Positions 18,519 through 29,490 of a DNA stretch of 64,000 nt are shown one piece after another. The translations under genes and the position numbers were made by a program. Position 1 is the stretch's first letter. Each line of letters opens with the position of its first letter. Origin of the DNA: an uncultured delta proteobacterium (GTDB taxonomy: Bacteria > Myxococcota_A > Polyangia > Fen-1088); NCBI GenBank assembly GCA_963737265.1, contig CAVTRY010000007.1, positions 1 to 64,000 of the forward strand, read 5' to 3'. Under the pieces are notes generated by a model. It was not told the DNA's origin. It made no database searches and saw nothing but the letters and a program-made list of their open reading frames with translations.

Positions 18519-19895
18519 ATGAAGTCGGCAATTAAAGGACCGCTTTTCGCGGTCGTTGTTCTTGTTTTTGCGGCGGCCGGTACCTCGTGCTCAAGCGATT
18601 CCGGCAATTCCAGCGGGTCGGGCGGCGCAGGGGCCGGCGGAGCAGCGAGCGGCGGCCAGGGCTCGGGCGGCGCCGCCCCGGGGACCGGCGGTGCCACGAT
18701 TGGGTCCGGTGGCGCGACGCGGACCGGTGGTGTAACGGCCTCGGGCGGCGCGACCCCGGGGACCGGCGGCTCCACGAGTGGGTCCGGTGGCGCGACGCGG
18801 GCCGGTGGCGCAACGGGCTCGGGCGGTGCGACGAGCAGCGGTGGCGCGACTGGCTCGGGGGCCAATACCAGCGCAGGCGGTGCGATCGGCAGCGGTGGTG
18901 CGACCGAGAGCGGTGGTGCGATCGGCAGTGGCGCGACTGGCTCGGGCGGCACGACGGCGACCGGCGGCGCGCCGGGCAGCGGAGGCGCGGGTGGCTCGTC
19001 GACGACGTGTCCTTTGCCCAAGACCTTCAAATGGACGTCGACCGGCCCGCTCGCTCAGCCAAAGGCCGGGTGGGTCTCGCTCAAGAACTTCAGCGACGTC
19101 GTCTACAACAATCAGCACATCGTCTACTACTCGGGCGGCAGCACGTCGGGATCGTGGATCGCGGGCATGATAGTCTTCACCGATTGGGCCGAGATGGCCA
19201 CGGCAACCCAGTATACGATGCCCATGCTGAGCGCCGCGCCGACGCTGATCTATTTCGCCCCGAAGAATATCTGGGTCCTCATCTACCAGTATGGTCAGTG
19301 GACGTTTATGTACTCGACCTCGACCGATCCCACCAGCTCGTCTACCTGGTCGGCCCCCAAAGAGCTCTATAACGGAGGCGGAATCGACAATACGGTCGTC
19401 TGCAACAGCACGACTTGCTATCTGTTCGTCACGAATGACAGCGGGCACGTTTACCGGTCGTCGATACCGATCGACAATTTTCCGGGCGTCTTTCCCCAGG
19501 CAACTGCCATCATGACCGACACCACGGCCAACCTGTTCGAGGCCGAGCAGGTCTACGCCATCAAGGGGTCGAGCCAGTACCTCATGATTGTCGAGGCGAT
19601 GGGCGGCGCGGGCCGCTATTTCCGATCCTTTACCGCAACCGATCTCGCGGGTACGTGGACGCCGCTCGCGGCCACCGAGGCCAATCCCTTCGCGGGCAAG
19701 GCCAACGTCACCTTCAGCAACGGCGTCGCTTGGACGTCCAGCATCAGCCACGGGGACCTGGTTCGTACCAATCCCGACCAGACCCAGACCATCGACCCCT
19801 GCAACATGCAGTTTCTCTACCAGGGGACCGGCCCCTCGTCAGGTTCCTACATCCAGACCCCCTACCGACCGGGCCTACTCACGCTGGTGCCATAG
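18519..19895 (+). CDS. GH62-family paralogue with Gly-rich linker (catalytic Asp replaced by Asn)
   Basis: Lipobox [46 protein letters not shown]. Confidence 0.92.
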   Translation: MKSAIKGPLFAVVVLVFAAAGTSCSSDSGNSSGSGGAGAGGAASGGQGSGGAAPGTGGATIGSGGATRTGGVTASGGATPGTGGSTSGSGGATRAGGATGSGGATSSGGATGSGANTSAGGAIGSGGATESGGAIGSGATGSGGTTATGGAPGSGGAGGSSTTCPLPKTFKWTSTGPLAQPKAGWVSLKNFSDVVYNNQHIVYYSGGSTSGSWIAGMIVFTDWAEMATATQYTMPMLSAAPTLIYFAPKNIWVLIYQYGQWTFMYSTSTDPTSSSTWSAPKELYNGGGIDNTVVCNSTTCYLFVTNDSGHVYRSSIPIDNFPGVFPQATAIMTDTTANLFEAEQVYAIKGSSQYLMIVEAMGGAGRYFRSFTATDLAGTWTPLAATEANPFAGKANVTFSNGVAWTSSISHGDLVRTNPDQTQTIDPCNMQFLYQGTGPSSGSYIQTPYRPGLLTLVP

Positions 19896-19924
19896 AGCAG
19901 GCCGAGGGGCAGCCCCACTAGATC

Positions 19925-20025
19925 CTCGCCTCTCCTCGTCGGGGAGAGGCCGACGACGTCTGCGTCGGCTGGTGAGGGGGTGCGGGCGAGAAGGCGACAT
20001 CTTCTGCCCCTCACCCGACCCTCAT
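19925..20025. repeat. REP-like hairpin cluster
   Basis: CCTCTCC..GGAGAGG, CCGACG..CGTCGG and GGTGAGGGG..CCCCTCACC inverted pairs. Confidence 0.55.
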
Positions 20026-20384
20026 CCGCCGCGCTACGCGGCCGCCGAGAAGCAAATCCCGGTCTTTGTAGCGGGCCTCTCAACACCTTGAAAGGGCTGC
20101 CTCTAAGGTCCCTGGTCCCTTGCCTCCGTCCCGCCGCCGGGACGGCGGGCTTGTTGTCCTTGGAGTTGCCCGTGCGCGCGCAGGTGGCAGCCGCATCGAG
20201 GAAATCGGCCACGCCTGGTATCACGAGGAACCACGTCCTTCACGTGGCCAAGCGATTTCCTCGGCCAAACTTCGGCGAGACCTAAGCGGCGGGCTCGATG
20301 GGGAAGATCGGGATCTTCTTCCCTCCTACCCGTCTTGCAGGAAGGCCGCTGTGCAATAACAGTCGCTTCGATCCGTTCGGTACG

Positions 20385-20921
20385 CTAGGTCGCTTCCGGA
20401 CCGCGGGTCATCAGAATCTTGCCGGAGCGGACCAGCTCGACCACGCCGAAGGGCCGCACCAGGGTGATGAAGCTGTCCAGCTTCTCGCTGGCGCCGGTCA
20501 CGCGCAAGATGAGCGAGCTCGGGCTGCAATCCACCACCTTGGCCTTGTAGTGCTCGGCGGTCTGCAAGATCACGGTGCGCTCGTCGATGTTGGCCTTGAT
20601 CTTCACCAAAGCGATTTCGGTTTCGACGGCGGCCTGGCCAGTATGATCGATGGCGCGCACGACATCGACCAGCTTGGCGACCTGCTTGATGATTTGTTCC
20701 AGCGTCTCGGGATCGCCGCTGCACGTGATGGTCATGCGCGAAAAGTCGGTGCTGACGGGATCGGGGCTGACCACCAGGCTTTCGATGTTGTAGCCGCGCC
20801 GGGCGAAAACCAGGGCCACGCGCACGAGCACGCCGGGCTGGTTGCGCACCAGTACCGAAATGGTGTGCAGGGGATGGTTGGGCGTTGGGGTTGCAGCGGT
20901 CGCGCTTGCGAGAGAGTTCAT
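20385..20921 (-). CDS. ilvN: Acetolactate synthase small subunit
   Basis: ISVLVRNQPGVL, FARRGYNIESL, EQIIKQVAKLVDV. Confidence 0.96.
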   Translation of the reverse strand: MNSLASATAATPTPNHPLHTISVLVRNQPGVLVRVALVFARRGYNIESLVVSPDPVSTDFSRMTITCSGDPETLEQIIKQVAKLVDVVRAIDHTGQAAVETEIALVKIKANIDERTVILQTAEHYKAKVVDCSPSSLILRVTGASEKLDSFITLVRPFGVVELVRSGKILMTRGPEAT

Positions 20922-20964
20922 GGGATGCCTTTCAAAGCTGTGTTCTGCCGAATGCCGATCCTGC

Positions 20965-22740
20965 CTACGTCGAACCCGAGGGCTTTTCGAGCGCGCTCTT
21001 GGGCGGCTCGATGATCATGGCGCTGAGGGCCGCGCCCGCGGGAATCATGGGGAACACGTTGTCCTCCTTGACCACCTCGGCGTCGATTACGCACGGGCCA
21101 TCGTTGTAGTCCATGGCCGCCTGGAGCACACGATCCACGTCGGCGGCCCGGCGCAGGTGGAAGGCCTTGATGTTGTAGGCTTCGGCCAGTTTGACGAAGT
21201 CGGGATTCCCCTCGAGATCTGTGCCCGAGAGGCGGTTCTCGTAGAACAGCTCCTGCCACTGGCGGACCATGCCGAGGAAATGGTTGTTGATGACCAGCAC
21301 TTTGACCGCGATCTTGTTGACCGCGGCCGTGGCCAATTCGGACAATGTCATCTGAAATCCGCCGTCGCCGACCACCGCCCACACCGGCTTGTCCGGGCAG
21401 CCCAGCTTGGCGCCCACGGCGGCCGGAAAACCGAAGCCCATGGTGCCCGCGCCACCCGACGACAACCAGTGGTGGTTTTTCGTGGTCAGCATGAATTGCG
21501 CGGCCCACATCTGGTGCTGGCCCACGTCGGTGGTGACGATGGCATCGCGCCCGCCGAGCTTGTCCAAGCGATCGAGGATGTACTGCGCGCGCAGCCCGCC
21601 CTTTTTCGGGTAGTGCAGCGGAAACTGCTCGCGCCATTCGGCGACCTGCGCCAGCCAGGCGTCGCTGTCGCACGGTCCGACGAGAGGGATCAGATCTTCG
21701 ACGACCAGCCGGGCGTCGCCCGCCAAGCACACGTCGGGCTGAAGCACCTTGCCGAACTCGGCCACGTCGATGTCGACGTGGATCTTGACCGCGTCCTTGC
21801 AGAACTCGGTGAGCTTGCCGGTGATGCGATCGTCCCAGCGCGAACCGATGGACATGATGAGGTCGCAGCCGTCCACCGTCTTGTTGGCGTAGGCGGTGCC
21901 ATGCATGCCGAGCATTCCCAGGTGCAATTCATGATCCTCGGGCACCGCACCTTTGCCCAGCAGCGTGTTCACGATGGGCGTTTTGATCTTCTCGGCAAAC
22001 TTCAAAATGGCCTTGCCCGCGCCCGACAGCACGGCGCCATGACCGACGAGCAGCACCGGGCGTCGTGCCTTGGCCAGGAACGCCGCCGCTTGTTTCAGCG
22101 CCGTAGCATCGGCGTGCTGGGGCACGTGATAGCCGGGCAACTCGAACCTGTCCACGAACGGGGCCGGGCACGGCGACGCCAAGACGTCCTTGGGTAGATC
22201 GATGAGCACGGGCCCCGGCCGCCCGGAGCTAGCGATGAAGAACGCCTCCTTCATGATGCGCGGAATGTCCGCCACGTCCTTGACGAGGTAGCTGTGTTTG
22301 ACGGCGGCGTAGGTGATACCCGTTACGTCCGCCTCCTGGAAACCGTCCTTGCCCAGCATGGGGCGAATGACTTGGCCGCACAGGACAATCATGGGGACCG
22401 AGTCTGACAGCGCCGTCAGCAGACCGGTGACCGTGTTGGTGGCCCCTGGCCCGGACGTCACGACCACCACGCCGGGCTTGCCGGTGGCGCGAGCGAAGCC
22501 GTCGGCCATGTGGGTCGCGCCTTGCTCGTGCCGGGTGAGGATGAGCTTGATCTTCGACTCGTAGAGCGCATCGAAGAGGGGAATGGCCGCGCCGCCCGGA
22601 AGTCCGAAGACCACCTCGACGCCTTCGCGCTCCAAGCACTGCACGACCTTATCGCCGCCCGTGGGGATCTTGCCGGCCTTGGAACCAAGATTCGCATTTT
22701 GGCGCGAATTTGACTTGTTCTTCCCGCTTGTCTTTGCCAT
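20965..22740 (-). CDS. ilvB: Acetolactate synthase large subunit
   Basis: [44 protein letters not shown]. Confidence 0.97.
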   Translation of the reverse strand: MAKTSGKNKSNSRQNANLGSKAGKIPTGGDKVVQCLEREGVEVVFGLPGGAAIPLFDALYESKIKLILTRHEQGATHMADGFARATGKPGVVVVTSGPGATNTVTGLLTALSDSVPMIVLCGQVIRPMLGKDGFQEADVTGITYAAVKHSYLVKDVADIPRIMKEAFFIASSGRPGPVLIDLPKDVLASPCPAPFVDRFELPGYHVPQHADATALKQAAAFLAKARRPVLLVGHGAVLSGAGKAILKFAEKIKTPIVNTLLGKGAVPEDHELHLGMLGMHGTAYANKTVDGCDLIMSIGSRWDDRITGKLTEFCKDAVKIHVDIDVAEFGKVLQPDVCLAGDARLVVEDLIPLVGPCDSDAWLAQVAEWREQFPLHYPKKGGLRAQYILDRLDKLGGRDAIVTTDVGQHQMWAAQFMLTTKNHHWLSSGGAGTMGFGFPAAVGAKLGCPDKPVWAVVGDGGFQMTLSELATAAVNKIAVKVLVINNHFLGMVRQWQELFYENRLSGTDLEGNPDFVKLAEAYNIKAFHLRRAADVDRVLQAAMDYNDGPCVIDAEVVKEDNVFPMIPAGAALSAMIIEPPKSALEKPSGST

Positions 22741-22919
22741 CTCTTCGTTTTCCTCTTCAAATCGACGTCAGCGTCTGTCTGACCAACCATAAAGAGTCAA
22801 TTTGTTGATAAATTTATATCACATGATTAAGAAGGCGACACGATCATAGCGAAAATATTCCAATGACAATTCGCGCTGTCAAGATCGGCCCGGGCGACTC
22901 TGCGTTCCGAATACCCTGC

Positions 22920-23075
22920 TTTCCGGACTCCGCGCCCTCCGCGTCGCTGTGGTGACAGACAACTTGAAGACTGGAGCCTGAAGCCTTGGGTCGCGTGCGA
23001 AGGCGTCGGCCACGCGCGTGTCGCCTTGCTCGTGACCGGTTTCCGGCCTCTGCGCCCTCTGCGTCTCGGTGGTGA
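22920..23075. repeat. Two 36-bp imperfect direct repeats 120 bp apart
   Basis: TTTCCGGACTCCGCGCCCTCCGCGTCGCTGTGGTGA (22920) versus TTTCCGGCCTCTGCGCCCTCTGCGTCTCGGTGGTGA (23040), 30/36. Confidence 0.8.
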
Positions 23076-23091
23076 AATCCGGTCCGGATCC

Positions 23092-24306
23092 CTAGAATGC
23101 GAAGTACGGACCAACACCGGCAGGCGTGGGCTGACCTTCGATGGCGACGTAGACGGTCCGGCCAAAAAAGAAGGGTAGCCCCCAGTCGAAGCCGGGCACC
23201 TGCAGGCTGGTTGAGGGAAAACCCGGCATCGGCCCAGCCAGGTTGCCGAAGGCGAAGTTGCCCGCAGCCAGCCGTGAAGCGTTGGCAACGCTGAAGTCGA
23301 CCACCGAGCTCGTGCCATCGTTTCCTACCACTGCCGCGCTCAGGTTGACCGTGGAAGTGGGGCAGTAGAATCCGCTCAAGCCGCCGGTGCACGGTGGGAG
23401 GTTCGTCAGCGTCGAATCGAGGAAGAAGAGTCCGTTCGTTCCGGTGTCGAGATAGCTCGCGTACTGCGTTCCGCCGGCCGGAAAGGCCGTTTCGACGTTC
23501 CCGTACTGGTCGAAAAGAAAGACGTTGGCGCTGCCAAGCCCGTTGTTTGCCTGCGTGCCGATACCGAATACCATCTGGCCCGACACCGAGGGCGCACCAC
23601 CGGCGGAAACACTGGACAATCGAATCACGACACCGTTGTTGTCGGGAAACGCCGCCACCGGATTGGGAACCTGCCGATCGACGGGGACCGAAGCGACGTT
23701 GCACCCGCCTGCCTCGGTCGAGACACAGGAATAGTACAGCCCGGGGTTGGGCGATTTCCGCGCACAGGCCGCGCCGCAGTCATAGAGGGTAACCCCCACG
23801 CCCATGATGCCGTTCGCCCCCAAGCTATCTGGATTGGTGATTGACGTTCCAGTGCAGTCGGATGCCATGGGATAGGACTGGCCACCGATGACCTGGATGG
23901 GCAGCATGCTGGCGGCCTCCCCGCCCACCTGGACGTCGGAGAGCTTCACCGCGCCCCAAGCCGACGATCCGTCGACAAACTGCACGCATTCGGCCAGTGC
24001 CAGCCCGCTTGCGTCCTGGGCGGCGGGCAAGGTCAGCGTCAATTCCGACTCGAGGACACGCACGCCAACCGAGCCCGTGTCGACGAGCATGTGGTCGATG
24101 GTTTGGCAGTTGCTGGTTCCGGGCTGACACAGAGTCACGGTGACGTACAAACCATTGGTGTCGGGTTTGTCGAGAGTCGGCGGACCTTGGTCCACGACAA
24201 CGGCCACCACATTGGGACCCGACAGCGGAGTCGCCGGGCGGCCACCGCCGCCACCACCACAGCCGAAAAATGAGGCTACAAGCACAGCTGTCAGTCGTTT
24301 GGTCAT
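23092..24306 (-). CDS. DUF3443-family lipoprotein (aspartic-protease-like motifs)
   Basis: VTLCQPGTSNCQTIDHMLVDTGSVG, DNNGV, FGIGTQANN, YLDTGTNG, FDWGLPFFFGR. Confidence 0.88.
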   Translation of the reverse strand: MTKRLTAVLVASFFGCGGGGGGRPATPLSGPNVVAVVVDQGPPTLDKPDTNGLYVTVTLCQPGTSNCQTIDHMLVDTGSVGVRVLESELTLTLPAAQDASGLALAECVQFVDGSSAWGAVKLSDVQVGGEAASMLPIQVIGGQSYPMASDCTGTSITNPDSLGANGIMGVGVTLYDCGAACARKSPNPGLYYSCVSTEAGGCNVASVPVDRQVPNPVAAFPDNNGVVIRLSSVSAGGAPSVSGQMVFGIGTQANNGLGSANVFLFDQYGNVETAFPAGGTQYASYLDTGTNGLFFLDSTLTNLPPCTGGLSGFYCPTSTVNLSAAVVGNDGTSSVVDFSVANASRLAAGNFAFGNLAGPMPGFPSTSLQVPGFDWGLPFFFGRTVYVAIEGQPTPAGVGPYFAF

Positions 24307-24366
24307 TCACGGCCTCCAAGGGGAATCGTCACGTTACATCCCTTCGAGGCGACCTGCTGGCCCCGT

Positions 24367-26187
24367 TTACTCGACGGTGACGCTCTTGGCGAGATTGCGC
24401 GGCTGATCGACGTCGGTTCCGAGCGCCACCGCCATGCTGTACGCAAGCAGCTGCAGCGGCAGCACCGTGAGCAGGGGTTGCAGCAGCGGCGGAGCATCGG
24501 GCACCCACAACACGTCCTGGCAGTGCGCCTTGATGGCCTCGTCGCCGACCGTCGCGACCGCGATGACGTGGCCCTCGCGCGCGCGAACCTCTTCCAGATT
24601 CGACAGGACCTTGTCGTAGCCTTTTCCCTGCGTCGCGATCACCACCACGGGCAAACCGTCGTCGATGAGCGCGATAGGACCGTGCTTCATCTCGCCGGCA
24701 GCGTAGCCCTCGGCGTGGATGTACGAGATCTCTTTCAGCTTCAGCGCGCCTTCGAGGGCAATAGGGTAGTTAGTGCCGCGCCCCAAAAAAAGGAAGTCGC
24801 GCGCGTGCATGTACTTGCGCGCCAGCTCGCGCGCGGGTGCAGCCAGGCGCAGCGCCTCGGTCATCTTCTGGGGAATGTGCAAAAGCTCGCCCACGAGCTT
24901 CTCGGCCGCGCCATCCGTCAGAGCGCCGTTGCGACGGCCGAGGTGGATGGCCAGCAGGGCAAGCACGGCGAGCTGGGCGGTAAAGCACTTCGTCGAGGCG
25001 ACGCCGATCTCCAGCCCGGCGTGGGTATAGAACACGAAGTCCGAGAGGCGCGCGATGGCGGAGTCCACCACATTGCAGATGGCCAGCGTGCGCGCGCCGC
25101 GCGCCTTGGCTTCCCTCACCGCCGCCAGCGTGTCGGCGGTCTCGCCGCTCTGGGAAATGGCGACCACGAGATCGTTCGGGCCGATCACGGGTTCGCGGTA
25201 GCGGAATTCGCTCGCCAGATCGACCTCGCAGGCGATGCGCGCGACGTTTTCTACCAGGAACTTCCCGACCAGCCCGGCGTGATACGACGTCCCGCAGGCC
25301 AGCACGACTATGCGCTGGGGAAGATGGCCAATGTCCTGGCCATCCAGACTGACGTCGCTGCTGTCGGGCAGGAGCCGGCCGCGCAGGGTGTCGCCGACCG
25401 CGCGCGGCTGTTCGTGGATCTCCTTGAGCATGAAGTGCGGGTAGCCGGCCTTCTCGGCCTGCGCCGCGGTCCACGTCACCGTCTTGCGCGGCCGGTTCTG
25501 TGTGCTGCCGTCGAGATCCGTGATTCGCACCGACGTCCGCTTGACCGTCACCACATCGCCCTCGTCGAGAAAGATCATGTCGCGGGTGAATTCCAGAATG
25601 GCGGGCGCGTCCGACGCGACGAAGTTTTCCCCTTCGCCGATTCCGACCACGAGCGGCGAGGCATTCTTAGCCGCGACGAGCTCGTCACGGTGGCGATCCG
25701 ACAGAACGGCGATGGCGTAGGAGCCTTCAACTTGCTTGAGAGCCGCGCGGACGGCATCGCCCAAGTCGCTCCGTCCCTGCACGAGTGCCTCGTCGATGAG
25801 ATGCGCGATCACCTCGGTATCGGTCTGCGAGGCGAACTTGCGCCCCGAGGCTTGCAAGCGCGCGCGCAGGGCCACGTGATTTTCGACGATGCCATTGTGG
25901 ATGACCGATATCGCCCCTGCCTTGTGCGGATGGGCGTTTTCGTCCGATGGCCGGCCGTGGGTCGCCCAGCGCGTGTGGCCGATGCCCATCTTGCCCGAGA
26001 GTTTTTCCACCGCGAGCAGTTTTTCGAGCGCGGACAGCTTGCCCCGGCAGCGCAGAACCTCGGTCTTGTGCCCGGTCCAAACCGCCACGCCAGCCGAATC
26101 GTAGCCCCGGTATTCGAGCTTGCGCAGGCCATTCATGAGCACCGAGGTCGCCTCTCGATCTCCGACGTAACCGACGATTCCGCACAT
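24367..26187 (-). CDS. glmS: Glutamine--fructose-6-phosphate transaminase
   Basis: MCGIVG, GHTRWATHG, SQSGETADT, PRNLAKSVTVE. Confidence 0.99.
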   Translation of the reverse strand: MCGIVGYVGDREATSVLMNGLRKLEYRGYDSAGVAVWTGHKTEVLRCRGKLSALEKLLAVEKLSGKMGIGHTRWATHGRPSDENAHPHKAGAISVIHNGIVENHVALRARLQASGRKFASQTDTEVIAHLIDEALVQGRSDLGDAVRAALKQVEGSYAIAVLSDRHRDELVAAKNASPLVVGIGEGENFVASDAPAILEFTRDMIFLDEGDVVTVKRTSVRITDLDGSTQNRPRKTVTWTAAQAEKAGYPHFMLKEIHEQPRAVGDTLRGRLLPDSSDVSLDGQDIGHLPQRIVVLACGTSYHAGLVGKFLVENVARIACEVDLASEFRYREPVIGPNDLVVAISQSGETADTLAAVREAKARGARTLAICNVVDSAIARLSDFVFYTHAGLEIGVASTKCFTAQLAVLALLAIHLGRRNGALTDGAAEKLVGELLHIPQKMTEALRLAAPARELARKYMHARDFLFLGRGTNYPIALEGALKLKEISYIHAEGYAAGEMKHGPIALIDDGLPVVVIATQGKGYDKVLSNLEEVRAREGHVIAVATVGDEAIKAHCQDVLWVPDAPPLLQPLLTVLPLQLLAYSMAVALGTDVDQPRNLAKSVTVE

Positions 26188-26199
26188 GCGCAAGGTCTA

Positions 26200-27186
26200 C
26201 TAGGCGCTGTCGGGCACGGCAAGACTCTTCTCGGCCAGCGAGCAGGCCAAATCCAGGGCCGCCAGCAAGCTTTCGTGCCTGGCACGACCCGATCCGGCGA
26301 TGTCGTAGGCGGTGCCGTGATCGGGCGACGTGCGCACGAAAGGAAGCCCCAAGGTCAGGCTGACCGCCTCGCCAAAGGCAACCAGCTTGATAGGGATCTG
26401 GCCTTGATCGTGGTACAGCGCCACCACCGCGTCGTATTCCCCGACGAGCGCCTGGCGAAAAATCGTGTCGGGTTCGTGCGGGCCGCTCACGCGCGCGGCC
26501 AGGCCCGAGGTCGAGAGCAGTCGCTGCGCCAGGTTCACCGCCGGCAGCACGAGATGGGTTTCCTCGTCGCCCAGGCGACCGCCCTCTCCGGCGAGGGGGT
26601 TGAGCCCAGCGACCGCCACGCGGGGCAGCCGCACGCCGAAGAAGGTGTAAAGGGCCTGCGCGGTCAGCACGGTCGTCTGGGCGATGTTGGCGACGGTGAG
26701 GAGCGAGGGGACTTGGGACAGCGGCACCCGTCCAGTCACCATGGTGACACGCAGGCCCGCTCCAATCTGCATGGTGGCGCAACTTTTCGCGTTCACCCGA
26801 TTGGCCAGGTACTCCATGTGGCTGGGAAAGGGCATGCCGGCCTTGGCGGCCCATTCGCGGGAAATCGGCGCGGTGACGAGGGCGCTGGCCTGTCCGCCGA
26901 TGACCGCGTCGGCGGCCGCGGCCAGGTAATCGATTTGCGCGCGGCCGGTGGTTTCGGTGGGCAGACCAGGCTGCGCATCGTCCTCGCGCAAACGGGTCAC
27001 CGAAACGATGGTTACGCCCTTGGGCAAGGTCACGCCCGTGCGCAGGGCCGTGCGTGCGAGGACGCCCGCATCGCCGAATACGGTGACGTCGAGGGCGGGG
27101 CGAGCGGCAAGCGCGCGCACGACCACCTCCGGGCCGATGCCGGCCGGACATCCCATGGAAACGGCGATGCGAGGTGAGAACGCCAC
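26200..27186 (-). CDS. pdxA: 4-hydroxythreonine-4-phosphate dehydrogenase family
   Basis: MGCPAGIGPEV, LVTAPI, YHDQG, RTSPDHGTAYDIAG. Confidence 0.9.
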   Translation of the reverse strand: MAFSPRIAVSMGCPAGIGPEVVVRALAARPALDVTVFGDAGVLARTALRTGVTLPKGVTIVSVTRLREDDAQPGLPTETTGRAQIDYLAAAADAVIGGQASALVTAPISREWAAKAGMPFPSHMEYLANRVNAKSCATMQIGAGLRVTMVTGRVPLSQVPSLLTVANIAQTTVLTAQALYTFFGVRLPRVAVAGLNPLAGEGGRLGDEETHLVLPAVNLAQRLLSTSGLAARVSGPHEPDTIFRQALVGEYDAVVALYHDQGQIPIKLVAFGEAVSLTLGLPFVRTSPDHGTAYDIAGSGRARHESLLAALDLACSLAEKSLAVPDSA

Positions 27187-27601
27187 CGCCTTCTATGATA
27201 CACTGAGGCGAGGCAGTACCCTAGCCGTAATCCAGCGAGACCTGCCACGTATGGGTGTGTCCGCCGAGAGAATGGATGGAAAACCCGGGCCCGTGCAACG
27301 CACCCTCGCCGACAGGGGCAGCGACGTCGCGGAAAGTCCTTCAAGAACAGGTCCTTCCAGGATCGAGCCACGCTCCCAACGGGAGCAATGGTTGGTGGTC
27401 GTGGCCGTCGGTCGGTGTCTGCTGCGGCCACGACCTTCTGCGGCTGTCGCGGCATCAGTGTGTGGCTATCCATTGACGTGATAGACGCGCAGGTTGGATC
27501 ACGAACGGGACTTCCGCGCAAGTGGGATTCTAGGGCTCGTCACACAATCGTCGCCTTCCCCTTGGCTTCCCCTGTCTGTCGGTGCAATACTCGATGGAGG
27601 T

Positions 27602-28807
<1,206 letters not shown>

Positions 28808-28966
28808 GAGGGAATGTGGCTTGTCGGCTTGTTGGCTCGTCGGCCTGTCGCATCGTTGGAGAGTCGGGTAGGCTCCGGGAAGAGTGAGCCGCCGCGCTCA
28901 ACTCTGCCGACCACTCTGCCGAAATCATCACGCAGGCCCACTCACCGCCAGGGAACCGAGGAAATC

Positions 28967-29395
28967 ATGCTGACCAAGTCCGAGAAACAACAACTTCAAA
29001 GCGTGCTCGATGCCGCCCAAAAGCGCCTGACCAAGGTGGGCCAAAGCGCGCTCAACTACTCCATGAATCACGAGCGCAACATCGGACGCGATTCCATCGA
29101 CGAATCGATGGAGGAGGAGCTCTTCTCGACCGAGATGCGCCTGCACGACCGCGAGAAATTCCTGCTCGCCAAGATCGAGAAACAGCTCGTGCGCCTGGGC
29201 GACGACTCAATCGACGTGTGCGAGGACTGTGGCGAGAAAATCGCATTTAAGCGCCTGCTTGCCAGGCCGGTGACCACCCTGTGCATCGACTGCAAAGAGC
29301 AGAAAGAGCGCGAAGAGGCGACAGTGGCGCAAGCCGGCCACGGCTCGGGTCTCGAAAGTGGCGGGCTCGGCGAGCTCGGGGTCGCCGACGAATAG
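28967..29395 (+). CDS. DksA/TraR C4 zinc-finger protein
   Basis: Coiled coil with DSIDES tip; CEDCGEKI..RLLARP.TTLCIDCK. Confidence 0.9.
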   Translation: MLTKSEKQQLQSVLDAAQKRLTKVGQSALNYSMNHERNIGRDSIDESMEEELFSTEMRLHDREKFLLAKIEKQLVRLGDDSIDVCEDCGEKIAFKRLLARPVTTLCIDCKEQKEREEATVAQAGHGSGLESGGLGELGVADE

Positions 29396-29490
29396 GCGAT
29401 CCCGCCGGTTCTTGCCGGCAGCCGTTTTGTCGCCCGAGAACGTCTGCGTCTGCTATATAATCCGCAAAGCCAAAATTGGCGGCCCGCCCG

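Noticed and set aside
17215-19000. 18-nt periodic repeats as an array
   Set aside because: They encode (GGATGS)n linkers of the GH62 lipoproteins.
22740-22900. ilv attenuator leader peptide
   Set aside because: AT-rich promoter-like DNA, but no clear Ile/Leu/Val leader with a terminator.
22920-23075. CRISPR array
   Set aside because: Only two imperfect repeats, an 84-nt spacer and no cas genes.
26187-26200. glmS ribozyme
   Set aside because: Only 12 nt separate pdxA and glmS.
24478-27177. Long alternative ORFs (899 aa here; also 50542-52866, 55508-58384, 59938-62595)
   Set aside because: Antisense or off-frame shadows of real genes, as expected in high-GC DNA.
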